64,000 bases of DNA. Source: a virus (taxonomy: Duplodnaviria > Caudoviricetes). Below, in pieces: positions 1 to 9,043 of this stretch (positions are counted from its first letter, which is position 1; each line of letters begins with the position of its first letter). The position numbers were made by a program, and so were the translations under genes. The stretch is taken from positions 128,001 to 192,000 of IMG/VR virus record IMGVR_UViG_3300010346_000241; one strand, given 5' to 3'. Below the pieces are notes generated by a model that was given only the letters and a program-made list of their open reading frames with translations, made no database searches and was not told the origin of the DNA.

Positions 1-1774
1 TACTCTTGCTATTCTCGTCCTTGATATTAGTCGAAGATGCAGAAGTAGCAGAGTGCTTTTCCTCAGCTTCCTGCTTAAGGATGTATATGAACTGTTCACC
101 TACCGTAGATGGTTTACTAGACCATACAGTACGATAAGTTCCATCTGAGTTAGGGATAGAAACAAGGAGATGCTCCTGCTTAATGTAAGTGAACTTCTCA
201 TAGAGCTTTCTGACCTTATCGAAGTCAACATATTCACTTATAGGAAGAAGAGAAGTATAGATTCCTTTAGGTCCTTCATTAGGATGAAGCATTGACTCTA
301 TGAACAAGATAGCTTCCTGATCAGTATCAAAGTTATCGATTGCGGTCTTAAGGAAGTCTGCGAGATCTGGTGAAAGCTCTCTGTAGTACTGTTCAAGAAT
401 ATCGAAGATCTCAACAGCATTGAGACAATTTGAATCAATGAAGTTAAGAATTCCTCTGCCGATACGATTGAGAGATAACTCTGAGAGCTGAGCTATATTA
501 AGTCTGTTTACACAAGTACTCTCATCCCATATAATGTCGAGAGGAGTACCATCTGGAAGTTTTGGCATCTTCCAATCAGGCCATATGTCTGCGATAACGC
601 CCTTACCACCGTTACGATTGGCAAGCTTATCACCTATAGATATAACATGATCACAGTACACAAGGAACTGTATTACCATATTACTAGAGATCTTACCATC
701 TTCGATGAACTGTTTACCTTCAAGTCTACCCTTACAGGTATAGTACATCTCTTCAAGTTCGTACGATAACTTGTAGTCTTTGTTGTTGATGTAGTTAGCC
801 ATCGCATCGACAAACTGTCTAGCGAAACGGTTCTCTTCATCATTATATGCTTTAAGCTGTCCCTCGAAGACGTTATAGAGTTCTCCCTCTTCACATCCTG
901 GGGCTATCTGTTTGTTAGAATACACCTTAATATCTACGACTTTGCCTTCCTTAGGAACTATAGTCTCATCAGAGATCGTTATGTTTCTAAGAGACTCTCT
1001 AGATAAGGTGAATGCTGAGTTGTCTGAGTTGGCCTTTCTTATGGAGCAGAGTATACCATTCTTTGTCTCCTCTCCAAGATCAGGGAAGGCTTTATAAACA
1101 GTATCATCTCCATACAAGTTAAGAAGCACATCGTTATCATTCAACTTAACGGTTATGAGCTTTAACTCTGGAGAACTAAGCTTCTTACGGAAACCTTCTC
1201 TGATGACTACAGGGTCTTCAGTAGTTTGTGGAAGACTTGCATAAGTAGCAAGCGCATTTACACCAGCCTTATAGTTATCAAACTCATCAAAGCTGGTGCT
1301 CTTCTTATATACTTTTCCCTTAGGAATGACATCTCCTTCATTGAGAGAATCAAGATATTCATTGTTCCAAAGGAAACCGAATGTTTCGGTGTTGTGCTGA
1401 CAAACAGTACGAGTCACCATATTGAGCTCGTTACGTTCGTTTCTGATGATAAGATAGTACTCATGATCTGGATACATAGAGTATCTACTTATCTTAGCTA
1501 TTACTTCTTGTGAGTCTTCTGATCTTATAAACGCAGAAGACATGTGTCCATATCTGTTTTCTACTCCAGTACCAACAAGAGGAACTTCTGATTCCTTAGG
1601 ACACTTAGCTTGCTTCTTTTGGTTGGAGTGCATTATCTTTCGTGATGATGAATTCAGAGACTCACATGGCTGGAGTCCTGAACGACCAAGCATGAGATCT
1701 ATCTGATCCTGGCTGAATGTGGCATGTACCTCTGCAAATGCTCGGTCAAATTTTGGGTTCTGTTCCATTTTCAT
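1..1774 (-). CDS. rpoB: RNA polymerase beta subunit, C-terminal half (split RNAP, probably non-virion); 3'-truncated by window edge
   Basis: Not in ORF track; read by hand. AAAGGAGG RBS then ATG at 1774 (MKMEQNPK...). Motifs NSSSRKIMHSNQKKQA, PLVGTGVE and GDKLANRNGGKGVIADIWPDWKMPKLPDGTPLDII match the beta regions GDK..RHGNKG and MP.LPDGTP.D. Confidence 0.93.
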   Translation of the reverse strand, partial: MKMEQNPKFDRAFAEVHATFSQDQIDLMLGRSGLQPCESLNSSSRKIMHSNQKKQAKCPKESEVPLVGTGVENRYGHMSSAFIRSEDSQEVIAKISRYSMYPDHEYYLIIRNERNELNMVTRTVCQHNTETFGFLWNNEYLDSLNEGDVIPKGKVYKKSTSFDEFDNYKAGVNALATYASLPQTTEDPVVIREGFRKKLSSPELKLITVKLNDNDVLLNLYGDDTVYKAFPDLGEETKNGILCSIRKANSDNSAFTLSRESLRNITISDETIVPKEGKVVDIKVYSNKQIAPGCEEGELYNVFEGQLKAYNDEENRFARQFVDAMANYINNKDYKLSYELEEMYYTCKGRLEGKQFIEDGKISSNMVIQFLVYCDHVISIGDKLANRNGGKGVIADIWPDWKMPKLPDGTPLDIIWDESTCVNRLNIAQLSELSLNRIGRGILNFIDSNCLNAVEIFDILEQYYRELSPDLADFLKTAIDNFDTDQEAILFIESMLHPNEGPKGIYTSLLPISEYVDFDKVRKLYEKFTYIKQEHLLVSIPNSDGTYRTVWSSKPSTVGEQFIYILKQEAEEKHSATSASSTNIKDENSKS

Positions 1775-1830
1775 GGTGTGATCCTCCTTTGAAGATACAG
1801 ATTAGAGAGAGTGTGGGCTCTCTCCAATCC

Positions 1831-1841
1831 ATAGTATATAA
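1831..1841 (-). promoter_or_regulatory. early-type phage promoter TTATATACTAT
   Basis: Recurrent motif upstream of the beta-fragment gene, followed by hairpin 1802-1827. Confidence 0.6.
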
Positions 1842-1853
1842 CAACTCTCTGGT

Positions 1854-3113
1854 TTATGCTACGATATCTTCTTCTCTACTATTGAGTTTCATGTAGAGCT
1901 CCTGAGTGATGCCAGTAGCCTTAATGAACTCCTCGTCAGTAGCATTATCCATTCTATGGAGCATATTGTGGAGAACCTTGGTACAAGTGTCTAGGAAGAC
2001 ATTCTTGAACTCCTCGTTCTCAAAGAGTTTCTTCTTGAAGTTCTTCTGAGCGAACTTAACGTCCTGATAGCCGTCGATGTAAAGGTAAGCACCTGCACCC
2101 TTAATGAAACCATTGTCATTGAGCATATTGTAGAGTGTGAGGATTACATCAAAGCCGATGTCCTGATTGAAGATCATATCTGTACTTGCACCTGCACGGT
2201 TAGTGCGAGACTTAACCATAGTGATCAGTACGTGATTACCAGAAATACCAAGACCCTTATCTTCAGTAAGCTTGGTGTTATCATCAAGTCTGAAGATATT
2301 GTTTGCGATATAGAACGGAGTTACACCGCCAGGACAAGTCTCATCCTGCTTAAGATAGATATTCTGACCCTTAGAATGAGTGAATGCATTGATCTCAATC
2401 TTCTGGGTGATATGGTTAACGATGAAGACGATGATATTAGCTGCCTTACAGAGAGGAACTATTCTTCTCATTGTAGTAGCTATCATCTTAGCAGCTGCTG
2501 TAGTAGACATCTGACCACTAAGCTCTTCTTCCTGAGTCATTTTCTCAGGCATCAGCATAGCCAGTGAGTCAAGGATATACACTGTTGGCTGCATCTTGTA
2601 GATACGGTTACCTCTACTGTCAAACTTGCCAGTATCATAGGTAAATTCATCTGCATGCTCTGTCTTCTTGTCATAGATGATCTTGATAGACTTATAGAAA
2701 GTCTCAGTGCTGATACCTGCATTACGAACGATCATCTTTGTGTTAAGCTCATCAGGTGTCATGCCTGTAAGGATCTCATCACGACGACGTGTGATACCGC
2801 CCTCGATACTATCCTCGAAGATAGCTCCCTTATCGAAGCCTCTGATTATATTGCCTGCGGCCTGCTTGATGAATGTGGACTTACCACATCCTGAACGACC
2901 GATTACCATATTGATTGAGCCGTCTACGATGCCTACGCTATCGTACTCGAACTCTATACCTCTATTATTGTCAGTCACTCTGATGATCTGACCATTGAGG
3001 TAGTCAACGTTTGGGAAGCCAGTGCTGTACTGAACGTCAAACACTGCCTCAGTTTTCATGCCATAGTCCTTGGAATCCTTAACTGCATTCCTGAACATTT
3101 CTGTTAGTAACAT
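1854..3113 (-). CDS. recA: RecA/UvsX-like recombinase
   Basis: Walker A GRSGCGKST, Walker B YILDSLA, RecA-like IVFIVNHI...TCPGG and KSR motifs; AGGAGG RBS. Confidence 0.9.
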   Translation of the reverse strand: MLLTEMFRNAVKDSKDYGMKTEAVFDVQYSTGFPNVDYLNGQIIRVTDNNRGIEFEYDSVGIVDGSINMVIGRSGCGKSTFIKQAAGNIIRGFDKGAIFEDSIEGGITRRRDEILTGMTPDELNTKMIVRNAGISTETFYKSIKIIYDKKTEHADEFTYDTGKFDSRGNRIYKMQPTVYILDSLAMLMPEKMTQEEELSGQMSTTAAAKMIATTMRRIVPLCKAANIIVFIVNHITQKIEINAFTHSKGQNIYLKQDETCPGGVTPFYIANNIFRLDDNTKLTEDKGLGISGNHVLITMVKSRTNRAGASTDMIFNQDIGFDVILTLYNMLNDNGFIKGAGAYLYIDGYQDVKFAQKNFKKKLFENEEFKNVFLDTCTKVLHNMLHRMDNATDEEFIKATGITQELYMKLNSREEDIVA

Positions 3114-3210
3114 AACTATTCCTCCTTGATTGGATCGATTATGAACACTCTTAGGTGTTCCTGTATTGAATAGTTTTGAGAACTATAAAGTCTTACAACG
3201 GGTAGAATTA

Positions 3211-3232
3211 GAGGGTGGAGTTAACCACCCTC
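3211..3232 (-). terminator. GC hairpin after tubulin gene
   Basis: gagggtgg-agttaa-ccaccctc inverted repeat. Confidence 0.6.
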
Positions 3233-3241
3233 ACATTCTTT

Positions 3242-4579
3242 TTACTTGATTCCCTCTTCAGTGAACTCTGTAAGGTGCTTGCTAGTACCCATAGAGTGCT
3301 TAGGGTTTGAACGTGTCTTTCCGTCAGAAGTAAGAGGATTAGTCTTTACTTCTTCATCTGCCACCTTGCTAGTTGTGTCCTGAACATTCTCAGGCGCTGA
3401 GTGCTTCGACGTTCCGAGTCTGACACCCGACTTCCTCTTGTTGCGAGATAAGACTGCGCTAGCTTCATCGCTAGAAGCTGTTGCGAAGGAGTCAAGAAAT
3501 GAATCATCCCTTTCAACCTTCTTCTCCAGCTGAGCATTAGTCTCAAGCTTACCAAGAGTATCGAAGAAGTCATCCTCTGCAGCGTTCATCTGGTTGGTAG
3601 ACTTCTCGAACTTATCGTACATACTCATCAGCTCAGCCTTAGGCATGTTGATACCTGAAGCGATGACTCTGATGAAACTCTTCTGCTTAGGATTGTACTG
3701 TCTGTGGATGAAGAACTCCTGGAAGCCATTCCAACAGAGCTTCTTCTTGATGATAGAGAACGAAGTGTCGAGTACTTCTATAGTCTCCTCAGGTATGTTC
3801 ATGTAGATACCTACCTTAGTAGCAGAAGGCTCGAAGTCGAGTGAAGTAGTATTGTCGATCATATCGCCAACAAGCTTGTTGAACTGGTCAGCATTCTTGA
3901 TACGGTCTGACACTTCAACTTCACCAGCGAAGACTACACCAGGATTGGTGATAATCTTATAGTGATCAGTATCATCAATGTTCTGCTCGCAGTCTATAAG
4001 ACCCTGAGCTCCGATGATAGAGAGTGTCTTAGAGATATCCTCATTAGCAAGCTTCTCTGCAACGAAGATATTGCCGTTAGCTTCATTGAGGAAACGTCTG
4101 TTTGATACAGTGATGATTCCACAGTTAGCACCCTTAAGGTCTCTGAAGTAGTTGATTGTGTTCTGAAGACCTCTTACATCAGACTCGAAGCCTGTGATCA
4201 GTGTAATGATAACAGGAAGCTGCATAGAGTTACTGATGTACTGAGCAAGTACTACAGAAGAGCCGCTACCAGAAGCACCCTCTGAAGTAGTGATGATATT
4301 TACATAGTCTGTATATTCGGGGATAAGTTCCTCGAGATAGTTTGGGTTAACCTTGATAAAGTCGTTCATCAACGCACGCGCTGCGTCTCTTACTTTACCG
4401 CAACCTGCGTCAGGATCGTCTGAGATGATGATAGCAGTAGGTCTGTACTCTGAAGGGACATCTTTGATCGTAGAGTTAACTACGACACATCTGTTCTTAT
4501 CAAGTACACCATTGTCAATGGCTGCAATCATTGCCTTTGTAGCACCCTGACCACAACCGAATGTGAATGATCTAAGCAT
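3242..4579 (-). CDS. phuZ: tubulin/FtsZ-family GTPase (PhuZ/TubZ-like)
   Basis: N-terminal FGCGQGA, GCGK loop, signature variant TSEGASGSGS, T7-like NIDDTD, long disordered C-tail. Confidence 0.85.
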   Translation of the reverse strand: MLRSFTFGCGQGATKAMIAAIDNGVLDKNRCVVVNSTIKDVPSEYRPTAIIISDDPDAGCGKVRDAARALMNDFIKVNPNYLEELIPEYTDYVNIITTSEGASGSGSSVVLAQYISNSMQLPVIITLITGFESDVRGLQNTINYFRDLKGANCGIITVSNRRFLNEANGNIFVAEKLANEDISKTLSIIGAQGLIDCEQNIDDTDHYKIITNPGVVFAGEVEVSDRIKNADQFNKLVGDMIDNTTSLDFEPSATKVGIYMNIPEETIEVLDTSFSIIKKKLCWNGFQEFFIHRQYNPKQKSFIRVIASGINMPKAELMSMYDKFEKSTNQMNAAEDDFFDTLGKLETNAQLEKKVERDDSFLDSFATASSDEASAVLSRNKRKSGVRLGTSKHSAPENVQDTTSKVADEEVKTNPLTSDGKTRSNPKHSMGTSKHLTEFTEEGIK

Positions 4580-4603
4580 GGGGTCGATCCTCCTTTAGGA
4601 TTA

Positions 4604-4741
4604 TTATTCGTTGTCCTTCTTCTTGGACTCTTTATCAGCTTCAGTAGCCTTAGAGTCCTGTTCGTTGAGCGGGGTGAAACCAAGCTGAGCTCCTACATAG
4701 CCCTGCTCATTGATTACTCCGTAGTTGTTCTTATCGTCCAT
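4604..4741 (-). CDS. 45-aa micro-protein upstream of the tubulin gene
   Basis: AAGGAGG RBS; MDDKNNYGVINEQGYVGAQLGFTPLNEQDSKATEADKESKKKDNE*; lies between the promoter at 4771-4782 and the tubulin RBS. Confidence 0.75.
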   Translation of the reverse strand: MDDKNNYGVINEQGYVGAQLGFTPLNEQDSKATEADKESKKKDNE

Positions 4742-4770
4742 AATAGCACCTCCTTCGGCACAATAGTGAT

Positions 4771-4782
4771 TACTGTATGGTT
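4771..4782 (-). promoter_or_regulatory. AACC-N6-TA middle/late promoter
   Basis: AACC-atacag-TA on the minus strand upstream of the micro-ORF and tubulin. Confidence 0.6.
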
Positions 4783-4812
4783 TGCAGATTGTTTCGATAA
4801 AATATAGATGGG

Positions 4813-4823
4813 TTACATACTAT
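4813..4823 (+). promoter_or_regulatory. early-type promoter TTACATACTAT
   Basis: Motif match followed by long hairpin 4824-4882. Confidence 0.6.
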
Positions 4824-4901
4824 TAAGATGTATATACAACGGCCACTTATAACCACTTCTTGGCTGATGTGTATAAATCTTATATGAAAGGAGGAGCATA
4901 T

Positions 4902-5654
4902 ATGCTTATAAACATGATGAATGATCTCATCTTTTATGACGATGACAACCTCGTCAGACAGGAATTCTCTAAGGAAGTTTGGGAACTTACCGAAGAGATA
5001 CAGAATGAAAAGAATCGTCTGACAGATTCTTTAGAACCAAGTATGATTCCAAAGGATATTCAGTCGATGCTTTCGTCCGTAAACTGGACGAGAACCCAGG
5101 CAATCAAGAACCTTATCTGGAACCCTTATCAGTATGAACCACTAACTGCAATAAGTAGCGGTAACCTGCTTTATAAGGGTAAGTACAGGATAAGAATATC
5201 CTTCATCCCACTCCCAAACAGAGCGGAAAGGATAAAACAGTTCAAGGATGGAGACCTATTTGGTGATATCCTTGTAACAGATATGGTGCGTATAGAGTTC
5301 TATACAGCAAAAGCACCAAAGAATACAAAGAGAGACCTTCCTATATGGAAGTGCATTACACCTCTTTGTATAAGTCATATAGACAGCACAACCAACGGTA
5401 CATGGAGCTGTTTTATGTATGACGAAACTGGAGCGAAAGCTTACGAGTCGCTCCGAAGCAGTACAAAGGCAATATTGGAATCGCCAGATGTGATAGATTT
5501 TAGTATCATGTCGATGATTCTGAATATTACAGATGCTTATAAAGTAAAATGCATAAACGCAGGTGTCGAATATGGTGAATGTGAACTGATCGTCAATGAA
5601 GACGGCACAATCGAATGTAAAAGAAAGAATGACTCTAATGTAGAGTCTGAATAA
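4902..5654 (+). CDS. hypothetical protein
   Basis: ORF; AAAGGAGG RBS favours ATG 4902 over the track start 4860. Confidence 0.75.
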   Translation: MLINMMNDLIFYDDDNLVRQEFSKEVWELTEEIQNEKNRLTDSLEPSMIPKDIQSMLSSVNWTRTQAIKNLIWNPYQYEPLTAISSGNLLYKGKYRIRISFIPLPNRAERIKQFKDGDLFGDILVTDMVRIEFYTAKAPKNTKRDLPIWKCITPLCISHIDSTTNGTWSCFMYDETGAKAYESLRSSTKAILESPDVIDFSIMSMILNITDAYKVKCINAGVEYGECELIVNEDGTIECKRKNDSNVESE

Positions 5655-5673
5655 TGAAAGGACGTATAATATC

Positions 5674-5814
5674 ATGAACAAGGACTATATGAGTGAAACC
5701 ATTGAATCTTCTAAAGCGTTCGATGAAAAGTTTGGTATCTGGAACTTCAATGAATATGATAGTACTGAGCTATTTGTGATGCAAGTAATTCGTAATGCAT
5801 ATCAAATAGACTAG
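5674..5814 (+). CDS. 46-aa hypothetical protein
   Basis: AAAGGA RBS, ATG 5674 to TAG 5814 (MNKDYMSETIES...). Confidence 0.5.
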   Translation: MNKDYMSETIESSKAFDEKFGIWNFNEYDSTELFVMQVIRNAYQID

Positions 5815-5833
5815 GATATCGAAGCTGTAATAA

Positions 5834-5856
5834 CCCCACCCCGCGAAGGGGTGGGG
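5834..5856. terminator. bidirectional terminator hairpin
   Basis: ccccacccc-gcgaa-ggggtgggg between convergent genes. Confidence 0.7.
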
Positions 5857-5863
5857 CATTCTC

Positions 5864-6583
5864 TTACTTCTCGATTCTTTTCTTTTTCATTGACAGAGTG
5901 TATGGAGTCATATAGTCCTCTTCCAACAGGTTTGTCATTATAAAACTTCCTATCAAGAAGACATCTGTTGTAGTTCTAGCTACCTGTGCAGTCTTAGGAC
6001 TCTCTAAGTCCTTCAATGATACTTGACCAGTAGTATTGATCATTGTATACATCTTGTTCTTAGCTTCCATATCATCTGCCTTAGCTCTGGTAACTTCTTT
6101 GATAGTATCATCGAGTCCTTGAAGTACCAAACTCTCAAGCTCTCTGTCACTCTCGATACCCTTACTGTTACCTACGATCTGTCCAGTCTTAGGGTTACGA
6201 GTATCGATGTTTGTGTTATAACCACTCTTCTTAGTGGCGAACTGTTTGAGCTTAGGAATGTTAAGATAGCATATGAAGGCTTCATACTCTCCTCCTACAG
6301 CAACACCATCTTTGTTCTCGTAGAGTTGAGGATTCTTTACCTTCTCCATCAGTGGTACGTTTATAGCCTTGAGTCCATTAAGACACTTCTCTGGGGTAAG
6401 TTCCCTTTCGAAGGCAGAAGTTTGTAATCTAAGGGGAAGTCTTCTCTTACAGAAGTTAAGGAACTGCTCATCTGTCATTCCAGCGAACAGTTGTTTATAG
6501 AAGTCTGAGTTAGCATGAGTAGGATCTATAGCATCAAATGCCTTATAGATCAAAAGTTCAGCTTTCTTACGGTTAGCATTCAT
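5864..6583 (-). CDS. rpoB: RNA polymerase beta extreme C-terminal fragment (probably virion RNAP)
   Basis: YLNIPKLKQ...RNPKTGQ...ESDRELESL...G...TIKEVTRAKADD aligns with the beta C-terminus YMLKL.H...TQQP...GEMEVWAL..YG...LQE.LTVKSDD. Confidence 0.8.
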   Translation of the reverse strand: MNANRKKAELLIYKAFDAIDPTHANSDFYKQLFAGMTDEQFLNFCKRRLPLRLQTSAFERELTPEKCLNGLKAINVPLMEKVKNPQLYENKDGVAVGGEYEAFICYLNIPKLKQFATKKSGYNTNIDTRNPKTGQIVGNSKGIESDRELESLVLQGLDDTIKEVTRAKADDMEAKNKMYTMINTTGQVSLKDLESPKTAQVARTTTDVFLIGSFIMTNLLEEDYMTPYTLSMKKKRIEK

Positions 6584-6613
6584 AGTCTATGTTCCTCCTT
6601 ATAGAGTGTGTAT

Positions 6614-6625
6614 TATAGGATTGTT
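6614..6625 (-). promoter_or_regulatory. AACA-N6-TA late promoter
   Basis: AACA-atccta-TA upstream of 6583. Confidence 0.65.
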
Positions 6626-7020
6626 AAAGTAAGACGATTCGACTATATATTCTAATAGTGTAAGTGGTTAAGGGCATAAGCCCAAGTGATTTTTAAGCCA
6701 TTTACACTGGATGTAAAATCTATATGACTCTATAGGAGAATGAGTCTTCATGCATTCAGGAAGAAAGGGTGTACCCTGATAGGGTGTCTCCAAATGGGAC
6801 CACATTGCTCAGCTCGTCCTTCGGTCAAAGGTGCAGCACCTACTGAGTATAGAATATGAACGCTAACATGAGGAAAAGAATGTGGACACAAGGATACAGA
6901 ACAAAAACAAACTGTTGTATTCTCGCAGCAGCATTCTTTCATTCGACACAACTTAGATGACCATACTATAAAAAAGAGTCTTCTGAGTATAGCTCTGAAG
7001 AATTAAAGACACTGATTCTC

Positions 7021-7281
7021 ATGTCCATCTACCATAGTGGTGAATTCATACCATTCAATATGGAATGCATGATTGACCACATATGTGATGACGACATCGA
7101 CATTGTTGCAAAAGGAACAAGCATACTGTATGAGCTCGAAGAGATCTGGGATGAAGAACTAGAGTGTGAGCCTACAAGACCAAACATGAACAGCAGCAGA
7201 GGTATGAGAAAACATTTGTCTTCACCTATCCTTCATCTGACGGTTACTGGTGCACCAGAGAGAAGCCTAGTAGATGCATGA
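7021..7281 (+). CDS. hypothetical protein, possibly 3' remnant of a decayed gene
   Basis: 86-aa ORF without a clear RBS; the same frame continues upstream to 6856 past one TGA. Confidence 0.4.
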   Translation: MSIYHSGEFIPFNMECMIDHICDDDIDIVAKGTSILYELEEIWDEELECEPTRPNMNSSRGMRKHLSSPILHLTVTGAPERSLVDA

Positions 7282-7754
7282 TAAAAGTCGACTCTGGAGA
7301 TATCTCTGTCATGAAGCTGTCTGGAGTGGATCCTACAATTGATCAGACTGCTGTAATGGTAAGAGCAGCTATGGCAAGATCTATCATGATCCACGGATAT
7401 GATAGAAAACGTCGAAAGTATCCATTTGACGTAAAGACAAGGGTTGGGTATTCTGGTTGTAGAGATGTATCGTTAGATCTTTACGAGAAAGTACACAAGC
7501 ATTATCACAGGAAGTATACAGCGGCCGAGCTTCATATTTCTATGTGTGACAAAGTGTCTGACTTTGGCATGTATAGTGGTGATGCTGTTGAGATACTTTG
7601 GAGTCTTAGCGGTAAACCTTTCAGGTTCAATGATAAGATCTACGAAGGGGTAAATGAAGAAATGAAATCATTAGGGATATGTTTCTCTAAACCTCCTCGT
7701 AGGAACGACCTCATACTTACTAATGTAAGTTATGATCCTAAACGAGAGTGGTAA
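7278..7754 (+). CDS. hypothetical protein
   Basis: 158-aa ORF with ATGA overlap, followed by terminator. Confidence 0.6.
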   Translation: MIKVDSGDISVMKLSGVDPTIDQTAVMVRAAMARSIMIHGYDRKRRKYPFDVKTRVGYSGCRDVSLDLYEKVHKHYHRKYTAAELHISMCDKVSDFGMYSGDAVEILWSLSGKPFRFNDKIYEGVNEEMKSLGICFSKPPRRNDLILTNVSYDPKREW

Positions 7755-7765
7755 TCTGACATCAC

Positions 7766-7803
7766 AAAAGAATGAGAGGGCTGGTTCCTCTCATTCTTTT
7801 TTT
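7766..7803 (+). terminator. Rho-independent terminator
   Basis: aagaatgagagg-gctggtt-cctctcattctt followed by a T tract. Confidence 0.8.
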
Positions 7804-7809
7804 GTCGGA

Positions 7810-7821
7810 AACATCACTATA
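7810..7821 (+). promoter_or_regulatory. AACA-N6-TA late promoter
   Basis: AACA-tcacta-TA. Confidence 0.7.
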
Positions 7822-7844
7822 ATCTATACATAAGGAGGTGCAAC

Positions 7845-9032
7845 ATGGCCAATTCTAACCAGATGACTAAGGTGATAGACACTAAGATCTACCCTCTGGT
7901 CAAGAACACACTATCCAAATCGCTTACTAAGTTTAAGTCTCTGATGTCGAACTTTATGTCTACTCGATCTAAGGGACTATATGATACTTTCCCTGCTACT
8001 CGTATGCTCTATGGACAACAAGATGCTGATATGCTATGTTCTGCTCTTGGAGTTAAGGCTAACGAGATACAAGGATTCATCAACGAAACCTACTACGGTA
8101 AGATAGCCAACTTTAACCCTAGAGCTGCTAAGGATCCTGTTACAGTGCTTTGCATGTGCATGATCAAGTACTTCTACTCTAAGAGAGATCAGAAGAACCT
8201 TGAGCTTGCTATGATCTATACTTGCTTCACAGGTAAGTTCTATCCCTCTATACACTATGCTCAGTACCCTAAGGCTGTTCCTGCAGACTACAGATTCGTG
8301 TGTGACTATGTGGTAAACAATGAACTTTCTGACAAGTTCCTTCTGAAGACAGAAGGAAACGTTATTGGTGTTATGCGAAACACCACTCAGACATGGATCG
8401 ATACCTATAAGGATAGATTCACTGGAGTGACTGATGATGAAGATTATGTTTATATCATACAACAGCTCCATGTACGTATCAAGTCCTTCATTAAGAACAC
8501 TGCTGAGGTCTACTACAAGTGTTACAATGACAAGGACTATCTCACATATGAGTCTGATGACATGAGCCAGGATAACTTCCGTCTTACTCGGAATGACTCT
8601 ACTAAGATAGACACCGCCGTCAACAGAACACTTACTTACATCACTTCCCATGATGTAGACTATCGTCTATGTAAGATGTGTAGTGATGAGAATGTTAAGA
8701 CTGATGAGATACGTTCTATCATCGAGAGTATCGTAAAGAACACTGATAATCTCGATCTGATGAGGGAGCTTCTCTACCTCATGGTATCTACATACTTCCA
8801 GAGTAGTAGTACTAAGGATGTAAGAGATATCGACTTCATCACATTCTCTATTAAGGCTAAACCTAACACGAAGAACAAAGACATTCTTCGTCAAGGTGAA
8901 GTCGTAGAGGAGTTGCTTATGGGTAACTCTACAGCATACTCTAGACGTAAGAGTCGTAAAGCTACACAACTCTCGTACAACAGAGCAATCCTTACATACT
9001 TCGCTCTGATTATAAACTCTGCAAACAAGTGA
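7845..9032 (+). CDS. hypothetical protein, likely virion-associated
   Basis: 395-aa ORF, AAGGAGG RBS, late promoter, lies in the head gene cluster. Confidence 0.75.
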   Translation: MANSNQMTKVIDTKIYPLVKNTLSKSLTKFKSLMSNFMSTRSKGLYDTFPATRMLYGQQDADMLCSALGVKANEIQGFINETYYGKIANFNPRAAKDPVTVLCMCMIKYFYSKRDQKNLELAMIYTCFTGKFYPSIHYAQYPKAVPADYRFVCDYVVNNELSDKFLLKTEGNVIGVMRNTTQTWIDTYKDRFTGVTDDEDYVYIIQQLHVRIKSFIKNTAEVYYKCYNDKDYLTYESDDMSQDNFRLTRNDSTKIDTAVNRTLTYITSHDVDYRLCKMCSDENVKTDEIRSIIESIVKNTDNLDLMRELLYLMVSTYFQSSSTKDVRDIDFITFSIKAKPNTKNKDILRQGEVVEELLMGNSTAYSRRKSRKATQLSYNRAILTYFALIINSANK

Positions 9033-9043
9033 GGTGAACTCTA

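Noticed and set aside
3242-4579. Proof of a phage nucleus
   Set aside because: Tubulin alone is insufficient and no chimallin homologue could be recognised in this window.
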